Assembly: GCA_964187785.1 (NCBI GenBank)
Contig: OZ076410.1
Location: 63,736,001-63,800,000, forward strand
Length of the DNA: 64,000 nucleotides
Source of the DNA: Amphiscolops sp. MND2022
Lineage: Eukaryota
Direction: 5' to 3'
Part shown: in pieces, positions 14,152-26,000 of the stretch
Position numbering within the stretch: the stretch's first letter is position 1
Layout: every line of letters begins with the position of its first letter
Position numbers and translations under genes: made by a program
The notes under the pieces: model-generated
Seen by the model: the letters and a program-made list of their open reading frames with translations, nothing else
Told to the model about the DNA's origin: nothing
Databases searched by the model: none

Positions 14152-14343
14152 TTATGTTCGATTGATTATCTTCACAGATTTCTGGCATGGATTTTTTTTG
14201 CATGGATTGAGTGCTGTTGTATTATCAATGAAAAGTGCTGTTTCACTTTTTGTGCGTTGACCAGGTAAATCGTTATTGTAAACGACGAACAAAGGACCGA
14301 AAGCTGATCCTTGCGAGATTAAAATTGTTATTGGTTTTGTCAA
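14152..14343 (-). pseudogene. Non-LTR (LINE) RT fragment, domains 4-5
   Basis: SQGSAFGPLFVVYNNDLP...ALFIDNT resembles the LINE consensus PQGSVLGPLLFxxYINDLP...LFADDT. Confidence 0.75.
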
Positions 14344-14599
14344 GGGGTTTTCTCAACATTCCGTTAGGTATGTATTGCCATCTCTCGGTCAGATAGTTTG
14401 ATGTCAAAACTTTATTGGCCCAAAATCTGTACTCCTCCTCAATACTATTTAATGAAATTTGATGATCAAGTGTATTATACGTTTTTTAAGCTGAAAAAAA
14501 AACAAGAATTTTCACTCGATTCTTTTTCTTTTTTTGTTGACAAAATCAGTTGGTTCAAATTGCTTGGACGCAGCTTAGGCTAATGATGTCGCAAATATT

Positions 14600-15030
14600 C
14601 GGCTAAATTTTTGATGAGCAGTGCCTCAATTTTCCATTGCTATTTCGATCAGTATCAGTGCTCCGCTTTGTTCTCATCCCGGTGAAAAGTTGAGCTCTCC
14701 TCAATTGGGTCATAATTCAATATCTGGGCTTTTAAGGTACTGCGAATACTTTTTGCTAACGGGTTGTAGCCTAAAAATTTGAAGTTGTGTTCATGCTTTG
14801 CATTTCTGATCTCAGTACCCATTTTGTTTCTGACGGTTTGAAATTTTCATTCCTTCTCTTAATTTGGATGTTGCAACCACTTCTGGCAAAGTTCGTCCTT
14901 TTTTATTTTTCCCATTTTTCAATTTATTCGTGATCCAAGACGACGATGTTTCTTCCGAAACTCTTGCTGAGGTGCAAACCCACCAATACAGTTTCGGCCA
15001 GAACAACATTAAAATTGCTTTAAAGTCGTA
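14600..15030 (-). pseudogene. Possible Mutator/MULE (FAR1-type) transposase N-terminal remnant
   Basis: A stop-containing frame reads RSGCNIQIKRR...KWVLRSENAKHEH, resembling the FAR1/MULE CGC...W...HNH motif. Motif-level similarity only. Confidence 0.4.
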
Positions 15031-18000
15031 TTTTTTCAAACATTCCTGGGACTTTGCAGTTGAGGTCGTTACTGCTTAAGGTCGTTCTTTGGTCACTCGC
15101 TGTATAGTTGTTTAAAAATCTTTTAAAACTCTGGATACAATTTTGGTAAATTTTTACTTTTTAAAGAAAGTTTAGTCTTCACCATGTTTATCAAAAACAT
15201 GGCAACCCTTCTAGTGTCCACTTTAGATGTTTTTAGGTTCTCTTTGGTCCATCGTCAGGTGATGCAACGGAAACCCATCACATTGTGGTCCAAATAACTT
15301 GAGAAACATCGAGCCACGAGCACAAGACAAGACAATGAAACTCAATGTTTCAGCAAAAACTGCATAGTTCTTCTTTGTTCTTGGCTACTCTGGAAGAGTG
15401 GAAGTGAAAATATTCCTTGAACAAAACTTTCTGTCAACAAAACCAAGAGTTTTTGTCGTTTTTCTTTTCCATACTTTTTCTACGTTGCAGAAATCAGCTC
15501 CTTTTTGGCTTGTATTGTCTTTGCTCAAGATTGCTCAAGTTTATCCGATTAAATTACTGGTCCTATATGTTTGATTTCGAGTCTGAGTGCTGCTTAAACA
15601 TGATATTGAACTCAATTCTCAATAAATAATAGTAACAATGCGAGTTTTTCATGCTTTCTTCAAGAGCTTTCAGGATACATTTTCACAACCAAGGACCTCA
15701 TGAATTCAATTTTCTTCAGTTTTTTCACTAGATATCTGCCAAATTTATAAAATCAAAATTGAAACTCTAACCTTTCAGGTCTAGTAAATCTGTAATTATT
15801 TGACCAGCATTTGTATGTGGTACGCGTTCTATCAGCTGTAATGCTATATACTTAGTTTGAAAAGAGTTCACGACTGATTTTTTTTCTGCTGCATTCAAAC
15901 ATAGCCACAACGCACAGCAAGACAACGGCACTAATTTGTTATCTGTAAGTCTTCAACAAGACTGCCATCAAGTATACTGGCTCCAATCACACAAGACATG
16001 AAAATGAATATACAGCAATAATATACATGCATAAAAAGCATGCATGAAAAAAGACAAGACAGATAGAAAAGATAGCTGCAGTTTCTTTTAGTGTGCAATC
16101 ACACTGATAAATATTGCCAAATTATTCTTCAATTACTCTGGTCGAAATTGCAAACTGTTGCAAAAAAATACATAAATTTAAAAATTTCTGGAAGTTTTCA
16201 ACTTATTTTTGCTCTTCATATGTTAAACCAATGAGAAACCAATGAATAAATACGTTATCGATATTTACACCCTGAAAAACCTCATGAGTGCAGAAATTTC
16301 AAAAAATTATGCAAAAAAAAACAAAAAAATGTAGTTTCGCCAAATTATTGAAGAATGTGTTCGACCAAAGACTGAAGAATGAAGAGAAACATAAATATGC
16401 TCACAACTCTTCCCATGACTTTCCTACTGAGGAAGGTAAACCTTGAATATTCGTACTCCTGCGGTTTCTAAAAATAAAAAGGCTCTCCGCCCTACTCTAA
16501 TTTGAATTATATAACTATTTGTATGAAAACTGCGTGAAAACCGCGCAACGTGATGCAATAATTTTTAATAAATCCCAATAACCGCAGAAAATCCGAACAA
16601 TCAGGGCTTCACATATAGCACTTAATTAAAGCTCCATGGAAAGCTGCAGCAAGAGTTGTTCCATTCATCAAACGTGAAACTCGATTCGCTGAAATGGCGA
16701 GTTGAATTGAATGGTAGAAAAATGTCCCTTTTACATAAAACTTAGTTACAAGGCATTAAACAATAGTTATTAGGGGAGGTAAGCGGAGTTTGTTCTCGAG
16801 ATATTCGATCAAGTAAATTATGGAACCGATGAAACTTCAACGGTTATACAAACTGCACCTGTGCTAAATATCACGAGCTAATGTTTTTCTCAGAAGTTTC
16901 GATTCTCCCCTAGAATTTGGTACGTCTTAAAAATATGTTATTGAACGCAAGTGTATTTAAATATTTTTGTCTAGGTATTTGTGTCACATTTTCTTTATTA
17001 ATTTTACGAATTTAGGGTTCGAATGAAAAGAGGTACTTCTGTATGGAGAAAACATTAGCGCTGGAATGAGGAATTGCAAGCAACCCGTGCCTCGGCAAGC
17101 AGTTGTGCAAAATTACTTAGTTAGATTACATGCTCTGTTGAGCTTTAAGGCTGGGCATTAGTGCCAGATAAACGTTCCAGTCCATTATTGGAGGGAAAGT
17201 AGAAAGTCACAGTAGTGTATGAAGTAGGAGAGGTGATATCAGGAGTAAAAATGATTGGGCTAATTTAAAGTTTTTCCGTTTCGATTTCCAGCAATCGTTT
17301 CAAAATTTCAGTGAATTTTCAGAGTACTGCGGGAACCAAGGAACACATTTTACAGAATTAACTTCTCAAAAGCAATTCGTCAAAAATGATATAATTCTGA
17401 CAGTCTCGTTTTTGTTTTGACTTCTATAAATTTCCGGAAAAACAGATGCATTTAATGAACTTTCTTGGAGGTTATTTTTACCCCCTGAAATACTATGCTT
17501 GGTTACGTTGGTAGGAAAATAGTTTTCCACAGTAACATAGGTATAAAATTATAATGGTGCATAGAGTAGGATTATTAAGGAGACAACTTCGATTTCTTAT
17601 TTCTAGTTCAATACTGACAGATTGTTTTCCAAAGTTTCAAGTTATGGCTTTTAGTCAATCTTTGAAAATAACAAAGAATGCTAATGCGAATTAAAACTTT
17701 GAATTGTATTTTGTTTCGGTAACCACAAATGAGGATTTTTTCTGTTAACGCTGATGAATTTCGCTAGTCATTCATGCACGATGACAGAGAATCTACGGAT
17801 ATTGGAAAACTATGCGTTGAGAAACCCGGAGCGTTCTTGTCATAGTAATTATTCTGGAAATTGTCCTTTGCAAATTTTGTAGCCAAATATCGTGGAGGTT
17901 AAATTAGCTGATTCGATCCGGAGCATGGACCAGATTTTTTTACGTCGTCCAACAAAATTTAAAAATACTCAAGGATCAATTTGCAGCTAAATATTTACAC

Positions 18001-18146
18001 CTGTTTTATGCACCTCAATAACAAAAAATACGGTCTCGGGATCCGAGATAAACAATAATTAGACTCACAAAACTGAAGTTGTGGAGATCACCGATTCAAG
18101 ATGAACAAATAGCATTCAAGGTCATACAAACATTCAGATCCTAATG

Positions 18147-19004
18147 TTAACTTTCAGGAGCTTCATTCGGGTCATGAATGAACGTACAGTTATCTCCATA
18201 CTTACAATCACCTCTCGGGTAATTGACACACGGCTGTGTCTTGTACTTCGGATTCTGCTTGTTTTTGTCGTCAGTTTGAGGATATCGGTTGTTACACGAA
18301 ACAGATGAACTCTGCCAGTTGCTTTTTTTCCCATTCTGGCCACTGGGACCGTTTCGTCCATTGCACCCCCTTGGGCCTCTTGGTCTGGGCGTCGGTAGTC
18401 GATTGGGATTACCCATTCGGGTTAACTGGAACGGTCTGGTGCGAACTGGTCCCTGATCCAGGACATTGTCATCTCTCTCCGGGTGGTGTTCCCAGTTTTC
18501 CTTATTGTCATCGTGATCATTTCCATATCCGTGCGAGATATCATTTGAATGGTTTTCAAACACAGAATCGCGAGGCTGTTCGTGCAGGGTGTCGCGGTCC
18601 ATTCTCACAAAAATGCGGCAATTTTGACCAAATGGAGCAATTAAAGTCACAGTGGTGTCGCTATCGCTCCTACAGTATGGCTCAAATACTTGTTCATTGA
18701 AATCGGAACGAATTGTAAACTGCACCGGATTCAATCTCATTCGAATAATCGTTGGCATTTGAAAATCTGACATCCTAGGAACCGAGTTTTCCCAGAACAT
18801 TGCCAAGTCAGAAGATGGCCTGTTCACCGATATCCGGTTGTTCCAGGGGCCAGCATCTGGACTCGTCAAAGATTCACGTTCCGCCTCTGTATGCAAGTCA
18901 GTTTCAATCAGATCTTGGGACAGCAGCCCACCGTTTTCAATTTCGAAAAAAGAGCGCGAGTTATTTGCTCCACAAGAACCATTCAGTCGAGCGTTAGGTG
19001 CCAT
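18147..19004 (-). CDS. Intronless 285-aa protein with a single C-terminal CCCH zinc finger (TIS11/ZFP36-like finger); likely RNA-binding
   Basis: ATG at 19004, TAA at 18147. The C-terminus KYKTQPCVNYPRGDCKYGDNCTFIHD matches C-x7-C-x5-C-x3-H with a KYKT lead-in. Confidence 0.8.
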   Translation of the reverse strand: MAPNARLNGSCGANNSRSFFEIENGGLLSQDLIETDLHTEAERESLTSPDAGPWNNRISVNRPSSDLAMFWENSVPRMSDFQMPTIIRMRLNPVQFTIRSDFNEQVFEPYCRSDSDTTVTLIAPFGQNCRIFVRMDRDTLHEQPRDSVFENHSNDISHGYGNDHDDNKENWEHHPERDDNVLDQGPVRTRPFQLTRMGNPNRLPTPRPRGPRGCNGRNGPSGQNGKKSNWQSSSVSCNNRYPQTDDKNKQNPKYKTQPCVNYPRGDCKYGDNCTFIHDPNEAPES

Positions 19005-20649
19005 TGTTTTTTGATCAATCGTTTAAGCAGTCACAGAAAGAAGGAATAGTAGAATGATAATAACTCAGGATGTTTTTAAAATGAAAATGCTGAATTAAGG
19101 TTCTACTATTAAAGATTGCAAATTTGACTAGGAAAGATGCCGATCTCAAGTTTACCGCGAAGTTCGAAAGCACGAATGGTGGAATAATGGGATTGGATTA
19201 GTTGAACTTATATATAGTTTCACAATAATTACTTAATAATTCGAGTTTGGCGCTAATTGTCGCAATTAGTCTCATGATTGCGCTATCACCAACGTGTTGG
19301 TTCAATACTAAGGGGGTTTATCATTTGTAATTATACTATCAGTAGGGGCTGCCAATTATCGCCTCATATTACCAGTCTTAAATATGAAGGTTAAGGTAAT
19401 AATGTTAATTGCTTACAGATTATAGTTAAACAACCACGCGATTAAACATGTTTCAGATAAGCTTTAAAGTTCTTTTGACCACAAGGTTGAAAGAGCTCCG
19501 AAATACGTCCCAAATTTATCTCTCTAATGGGTCATTCGTGTAGTCATTCAAGGATAATTAGGAGGATAATAATAAAAACGATACTCCAATCAGGCTCATA
19601 GTGTTTATTGTCTGGAAACATTCAGAGTTTATTTTTGATACCTAGTGTGAAAAAATCTTAGAAAAATGTTTTAGATGAAGTAAAATAATATCAGATATTA
19701 GGATTACTGGAAATTGATAACTTGTGATTTCCATCAGTTTAACCTCGACAGTGATTTCGTCCTCAAATGAGGATAGCGATTTTTTCGCAATCAATAATAA
19801 ATTACGACACGCAAAAAACATAGAGGAAAACAAAAAATTGTTTTCCTTATCGACAATCTACTGGACTATCTGGTGTGAATTGTTATTTGTGTCAATATAG
19901 ATTTTTTCCGAGCCACTGGCAAAAAAGTAACTGAAAAAAGTGAAAAATTACAAAAAAGTACATTTCAGAAAATTTTTTATCAATAACTGAGCAACTGCTT
20001 GCTAAGTTACTGTCCCACTCTAGTAACACAGTTTGCCACCATTGAAAACGCATATAGAAGTTTTTTCAATGAAGCTTCAGTTATGAGTTCAACCGATATT
20101 TGAAAGGCCCGGCGCAGCACAATGATTATTTCATTATTTTTTTCTTAGAAAAAAAGCATTATGCGCAGCAAAATAACAGCTGCCTTTGGAATTCCCGTGT
20201 TTCTTCTATTATAAGGCATACTTCGAAGGTCAGACACCCCGTCTATTTTTCATCGCTCGAGCCAGTTGTAGTTCCAATTGCGGCACGATCAGGGATAAGA
20301 TTTCAGCGTGACCGAGTCGCGATTGTAGTACGATCGTCCTACGTCTTGCATGGAGGATCAAAAAGACCAGTAGTTGGAAGTGCTCGAAACTTTTACATGT
20401 TTTTAAAAGTTTCAAGGCAAAATTATTATGTTTTTGGGAGCTAGTCAGTGGAGTTTTCATGCTCCAAAATTTTTTTATGCTGCTACAATATGACGTGAAG
20501 AAATACAGTAGTAATATTATTAAAAGCAACATAGTGTGAAGACTTCATGTTTTTCAAGATGCAATAACTCAAAACAGAAACGAGATACATGATAACTGTA
20601 AAGTATAAAAAACATTGCTTACATTTCAATACATTTCAATAATAATGTT

Positions 20650-21350
20650 GCATATCCATTGTTTTGTAATACGAGAGTAATTCGGCCGGGAATCTAGTCA
20701 TAAAGTTGAACAAACTCTTCAGGTTTTTTTGGCGAATTCTTCTTCAGAAAAAGACAAAAGTTCATCGAGATTTTGCGGCTTTCTCCACGAGACTGCCTTT
20801 TTCAGAACTGACCACAAAATTTCAACAATATTCAGATCTGGTGACTGTGGAGGCCAATTGCTAGACGGACAATGGCATTTTCCTCAAAAAAAAATTCGCG
20901 TCTTTTTGGCTCTGTGGGCCGGGGCGTTGTCTTATTGGAAAATTTCATGCAAATCCAAAAAATCTGGGGAAAGATCTTTCACGATTTGAATAAACAGCTG
21001 GCATCTACTTTGTTTTTATTGAAACAGTCATTTTTCCACCATTCGATCGAATGCACCCAAGAACACTAGCTTGATGGAATCAGTTGATGTTTCAGGACGT
21101 ATTTTTGATTTAATCGTTTGTTTTGGGGCGTCGTACAAACATTCATTCTTCTCGTCGGTTGAAATTCCATCATTGTTTCATCCGAAAAAATCACGGAGTT
21201 TATCCCTACACCTCGCATTTTGACCCACACACCTCGCACTTTATCCCTACGCCAATTCCCTATTTTTTGCGGGTTTACATCGAATATGACAGGTTTCTTT
21301 GGGTATTTCAGACCGCTGCTGACCAAAAATCGCCTGACCAAAAGACGCGG
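20650..21350 (-). pseudogene. Tc1-like (DD34E-type) transposase remnant
   Basis: VRRFLVSSGL...VIFSDET, then FQ*DNAPAHRAKKT, then WPPQSPDLNIVEILWSVLK. Stops and frameshifts present. TIRs not resolved. Confidence 0.88.
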
Positions 21351-22524
21351 AAATTTCGAAAGTGAGCTCTTTGGAGTCCTTCAGACGTTGTAACAGTTCT
21401 GGTTGAAGTTTTTTTGGCCTAAGGAACCTTTAAAGGAGAATGACAAAAAAATTTGAAAACTCGTGAACTGTCTCTTTTGTTTCTGTTTATCTGATGTTGT
21501 TTCAAATGTTTTTCCCTTGAATTAACAATTTGATAAAGCAGAGTAGGTTTTACATTGAAAAGAAAGCGTTCGAATACTTTTCCCACGTGTTTTGGGAATT
21601 AGGATTGCTCCGGGCCGCCTTTTTCCTGGTTCCTTATTGTTTAAGAGATTTGGCAAATTGCTCGGAAGTTTTTTTTCAAAGTGCATTGAAAGGCTTTGAG
21701 CTTTTCAGAAACTGCTTGGAAGTCTAACATAATCTTTCAATGCAGGTCCCTGTTACTCACCACTGGCAACGAATGGTTTCGAAGCAACGGTGGTCTAACG
21801 GTACCGTACCGGGCTCGACGAGCGGTGGTAAAGAATCGAACCCTTCGAAGAGCCGAAACCTTCCTGAAACTCGTTTAAGCAATGACCTTCTGTGAAATTT
21901 CTCGGCCCAGACGTTTGACCGTCAATCTTTTTAATGTTATGTAGTTAATGTCATTTAAGTACGTTTAATACAATTATTTTCGTTCAATTGAATATACTGT
22001 CGGGTAATTTTTGTATACCAATTTTGCCGCCGTGTTTTTCAGTGTGTAGCATTGCATCGTTGTGTTTCATTGTTTTTATTTTGAAAATCGTTTACTTTTC
22101 CGATCATTGAGACAACATCCATAATCTACCCGTATACGAGTCAAATACAGTCTTCTTTTTATTCTTTGCTGTTTTCCCTGGTAACAAGCTTTCGGACCGC
22201 ACAATTAGTTGGTCCGCCGACCCAAGTTCAACCGATGTAGCTATTCAATGTAGCTATCCGAACCGAAGCCTTACGGTGTACTCCAGACGACTTGATTTCG
22301 AGTTTTTCGCAATCATTCAATTGGGTTGACCATCTTGACTCAAATTTCCCGCCGACATCCCAGTGTTGCAACTCCGAAAGCAACCCCCTGTCGAGAACCC
22401 AGAACACATCATTGTGGTGACGTAAAAACAAAAACTTAAACTTGAAATCTAAAACTCTTTATTTTGTTTCAAATATACTTTGTCCTTTTTACCAAACACT
22501 GTTCCCTCACATCATTTCAACCTC

Positions 22525-23092
22525 ATGGTTCATGTAGTTGGTGCTAGTTCTCTTCGAAATGCCCTACACGCTGCCCCACACCAGAATCAGAAGCAACTGC
22601 TTGCAAAACTTTTTCTGCTTCTGACTCGAGTCTCAATCCTCTCGCATCTTCTGCAAAAAAGTTGCAAATGGTGAACTTGTACCTTGGCATGACTTTAGTA
22701 ACAACACCGTCTCTCGTCATAGAATTAACGCTAACAGAGCATGTCCAATAGAAGACCTGTTACAATATTTTCTCGCATTATAAGGTCAAAACTGGAACGA
22801 ATATTTACACTACAAGAGGTGGGCTCCCTAACTTTTTGAAAACGCGTTTCCAGTGAAAAAACGTAGTCATTGACGTTGAAAAATACCTGCTCTACACCCG
22901 AAACGAAAAAACCCTCTTTTTCGAAAACAGTAGAATCGGGTACATTGTAGTCATTAGCGTGAATTGAAACCCTTTTTGACAGTCTTGAGATATCAAGATA
23001 ACGTGAAAGGCCTCCTTAAAATCGGTCCAACACACGACGCCCTTCGCCTAAGAAAAAGTAGAACAGTTGCGAAGAAGTTTAGTCCCTCGTAA
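22525..23092 (+). pseudogene. Decayed ORF X of BEL-3
   Basis: MVHVVGASSLRNALH..., frameshift, ELVPWHDFSNNTVSRHRINANRACPIEDLL...VIDVEKY...ELKPFLTVLR. Colinear with 54845-55447. Confidence 0.82.
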
Positions 23093-26000
23093 ACTCCTGC
23101 TGCTTGGAAGTTCTTTCTCGAGTGATTCAAGAAGTTTCACTACTTCGAGGCACACAGGACAGTAATTCCAAGCCATTACCTTTTCGTACCCACCACGAGG
23201 GCAGTTTTCTGCAATAAGGTCAGTCAAAATGTTTTCTAACTTCAGCGAAGTCCGTTCGAGAGTCTTCTAAAATTTTAACTAGTTCAAACTTGAGTTTCTG
23301 TTCTACCCAGAGAAAAGATTTCCCTGAAAGATAGAAGGGCTAGAGTTGAAAACAATTGCTACTCGGGCTACTCATACAGATGAAATTAAACATTGTTTAG
23401 AAAATTGGTTGAGTTGATTTCATTAGCCATCATGAATCATTCATAACCACGGGATGAAATTACATTGACTCTTTGACTGAAAGTAGAAGCTCGAATGAGG
23501 CTGCTATTGTTACGTTGGACAGGTCAAAGAAAAGTGAGCCTGCCCGCAAAACGATTTTATCCAAAGGCTCCGGTACATCGTAACGAGCTCAAACTTGCTC
23601 GAGTGAGAAGAGAAGAAATCCAAATGCAGAATGAAGCCGAGTATCGCAAGCCCAACCAAAGTTACAAGCTCAGGAAGCTTTCAAAGGATTGTCACTCGAA
23701 GAGCAAATGGCAAAGAACAGGCTAGCTCTTGAAGAACAGGCAGACAAAAACAGACAACGTCTGGCCCAAGCGGCTATCGAAGAAACTGCTGTTGATGTCT
23801 CAGGCAATTCGGATGCCGAGGAAGGAAGATCGTTCACTTCCAAGTGTCAGTCGCGACCAATCGAATGAACCAATTGAAAAGTGAGTCGATACCAGTAGTT
23901 TTGTGCCACGACTTAGTAACAATCCATCGATATTTGAAGTTCAATCAGTCTTTCCTTTCACGTTACCTTAAACCAAGAAAAAAGCTTTGGAAATTTCGAC
24001 TAGCACAGTCAAGGTAACCCTTACAAATGATGTTTTGAACGTCACTGTCCGGACTGTTTTTGAATAACAACTGCCAGTTTCTAAAGCTAACCGAACTTTT
24101 CAACCCCACTCATGTTCAACTTAACCTCAACTCTGCTCGACTCGGACCATTACAATCGCAGACTACGAATGTAACATCGGTGCCTGGTCCACCGCAGAGC
24201 GTATTGACTCCTGGCATCGCATCCCAACAAGTTTCTTCCGTAACCTATAGCAACTCGCAGCAACCGAACTGCTACTCGCAACAATACAACGCCCATCCAG
24301 TTCCGTCCATCGCGTAAGAAACGAACCCGTCACAGTAGAAATTTCCCCCGGAAATTTTAATTGCTATTTTTTTTGTCAAGTTCTCTGCCTATTACTGAGT
24401 TTCCCACCGCCGAATTTTTTTATAGCTCCTCTGTATCAAAAACCATATCATCATCCTATCGCAATATAACCTTCATCTTTAACTGGAAGCGGACCAAATT
24501 CGACACTCACGAAACGCTTCCAAACTGCTCAATCATATTCAGTCCAGCTTATTTGAAATTTAACCGCCAAAGAGTAAGGTAATCCCTTGACAGTCTCGCG
24601 TTAGACCCACTACCCGAGTGGAAACTTTCGAACTTCGATAAGAACCCGCTTGACTGGTACGATTGGTTCCGACAGTTCAGAAGTGCAGTGGATGTGTCGC
24701 CGCTTTCTGACGATGTAAACATGGCATACTCGAAAACGTTGGTCTCCCGCAAAGCAAAAATTCGATTGAAAGTTTTGCCTATTTTGGAGTAATGTAAAAA
24801 GATGCTTTGAGAGCTCTTGAGAGAAAGTTTGGTCAACCGCAAATCGTCTTTAGTGCTCATTTTGACAAGTTGAATGCTTATTCTCCCGTGAAGATGCACA
24901 GTACGGAAAATGTGATACAGTACGCAGGCGTTGTTGCGAGTCTGTCTGTAGCTCTCTTCCAATCTTTGAAATACAACGCCGACCTCAACAGTTCGTCTTT
25001 GTTGAACCAAGCAATAAGTGAATTACCGCCAAATATCAAAGAATCTTGCACCCAACGCTCTTGGATTTCAACCGGATACAAGAAAAAGCGGAAGCGCCTG
25101 ATCGGATGTTGAGTACGTCAAAAAGCAAACAAGATTCGAGTGCGCCCACCAACATCAACTCGAAAACAGCAAAGTTTTTTTCGTCAATCGCTCAAAACCG
25201 GGAACCAGATCGCAAACATATTCCTGTTCAAGTGCTCTGAGCTCAAAGAAAAACACCAATGCAGCGTGCCAATATTTGCGCCTAATCTGACTGGTGTTGT
25301 GTTTCTTTCTTTTGTCTGGGAAAAAATCATACCTTCCGGCATTGTCCAAGTCTCCGCAATTTTCCGAAAGAAATCTGCAAGAGGACGCATAATTCGTTGC
25401 TTCAAGGAGCTGAATGCGTTTTGTCGTTGGGCTGTACAACGGGAACCTCCGACGTAGCCAAATTTGGAACTGAAGATAAATCGAACGACTTCATAACGAT
25501 CCTTCAGATCAGATGATCAGAGTTCAGCAAGCACTACCATGTGTTCAAGATCTCCATTGATCGAAGGACTTCTACAAGTAGTTGAAGTTTATCTGGACGT
25601 TAATGAGCGGTGCCTGAGAGCATACACATTGTGTGAATCTGCATGCAGTCATCCTTGGATTACGACGGACGCTGCTGCAAAATTAAAAGTCACCGGTCCA
25701 CGAATAAAGCTCACTGTGAACGGAATGGGTTCAATCAGAACAGTGGAGACTGAGATAGTTGACTTGACAGTATGATCAATAGAACCTTCTCCGCATGAAC
25801 CTTTTTTTGAGCCCTTGGCTTTGGCAATGAAACTCTTGATCTGAAAGCTCTCAAGGACAAATATCCTTATCATGAACCTGTTCCTGGAGAACAAATTCAC
25901 CACTCAGACGTGAAACTCATTCTAGGCCAGAATGCTCGCGAAGTGATGCGGTTCGCGTCTCTCTAGGCTTGGTCTTCAGGTGGACCAGTTCCATCTACTG

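Noticed and set aside
17750-17815. CTGATGA hammerhead-like cores (also ~2868 and ~63381)
   Set aside because: No stem II followed by GAAA, and no closing stems I/III could be built.
21785-21850. tRNA/SINE-head-like TGGTCTAACGG...ATCGAACCC
   Set aside because: The B-box is degenerate and no cloverleaf stems form. Too weak to call.
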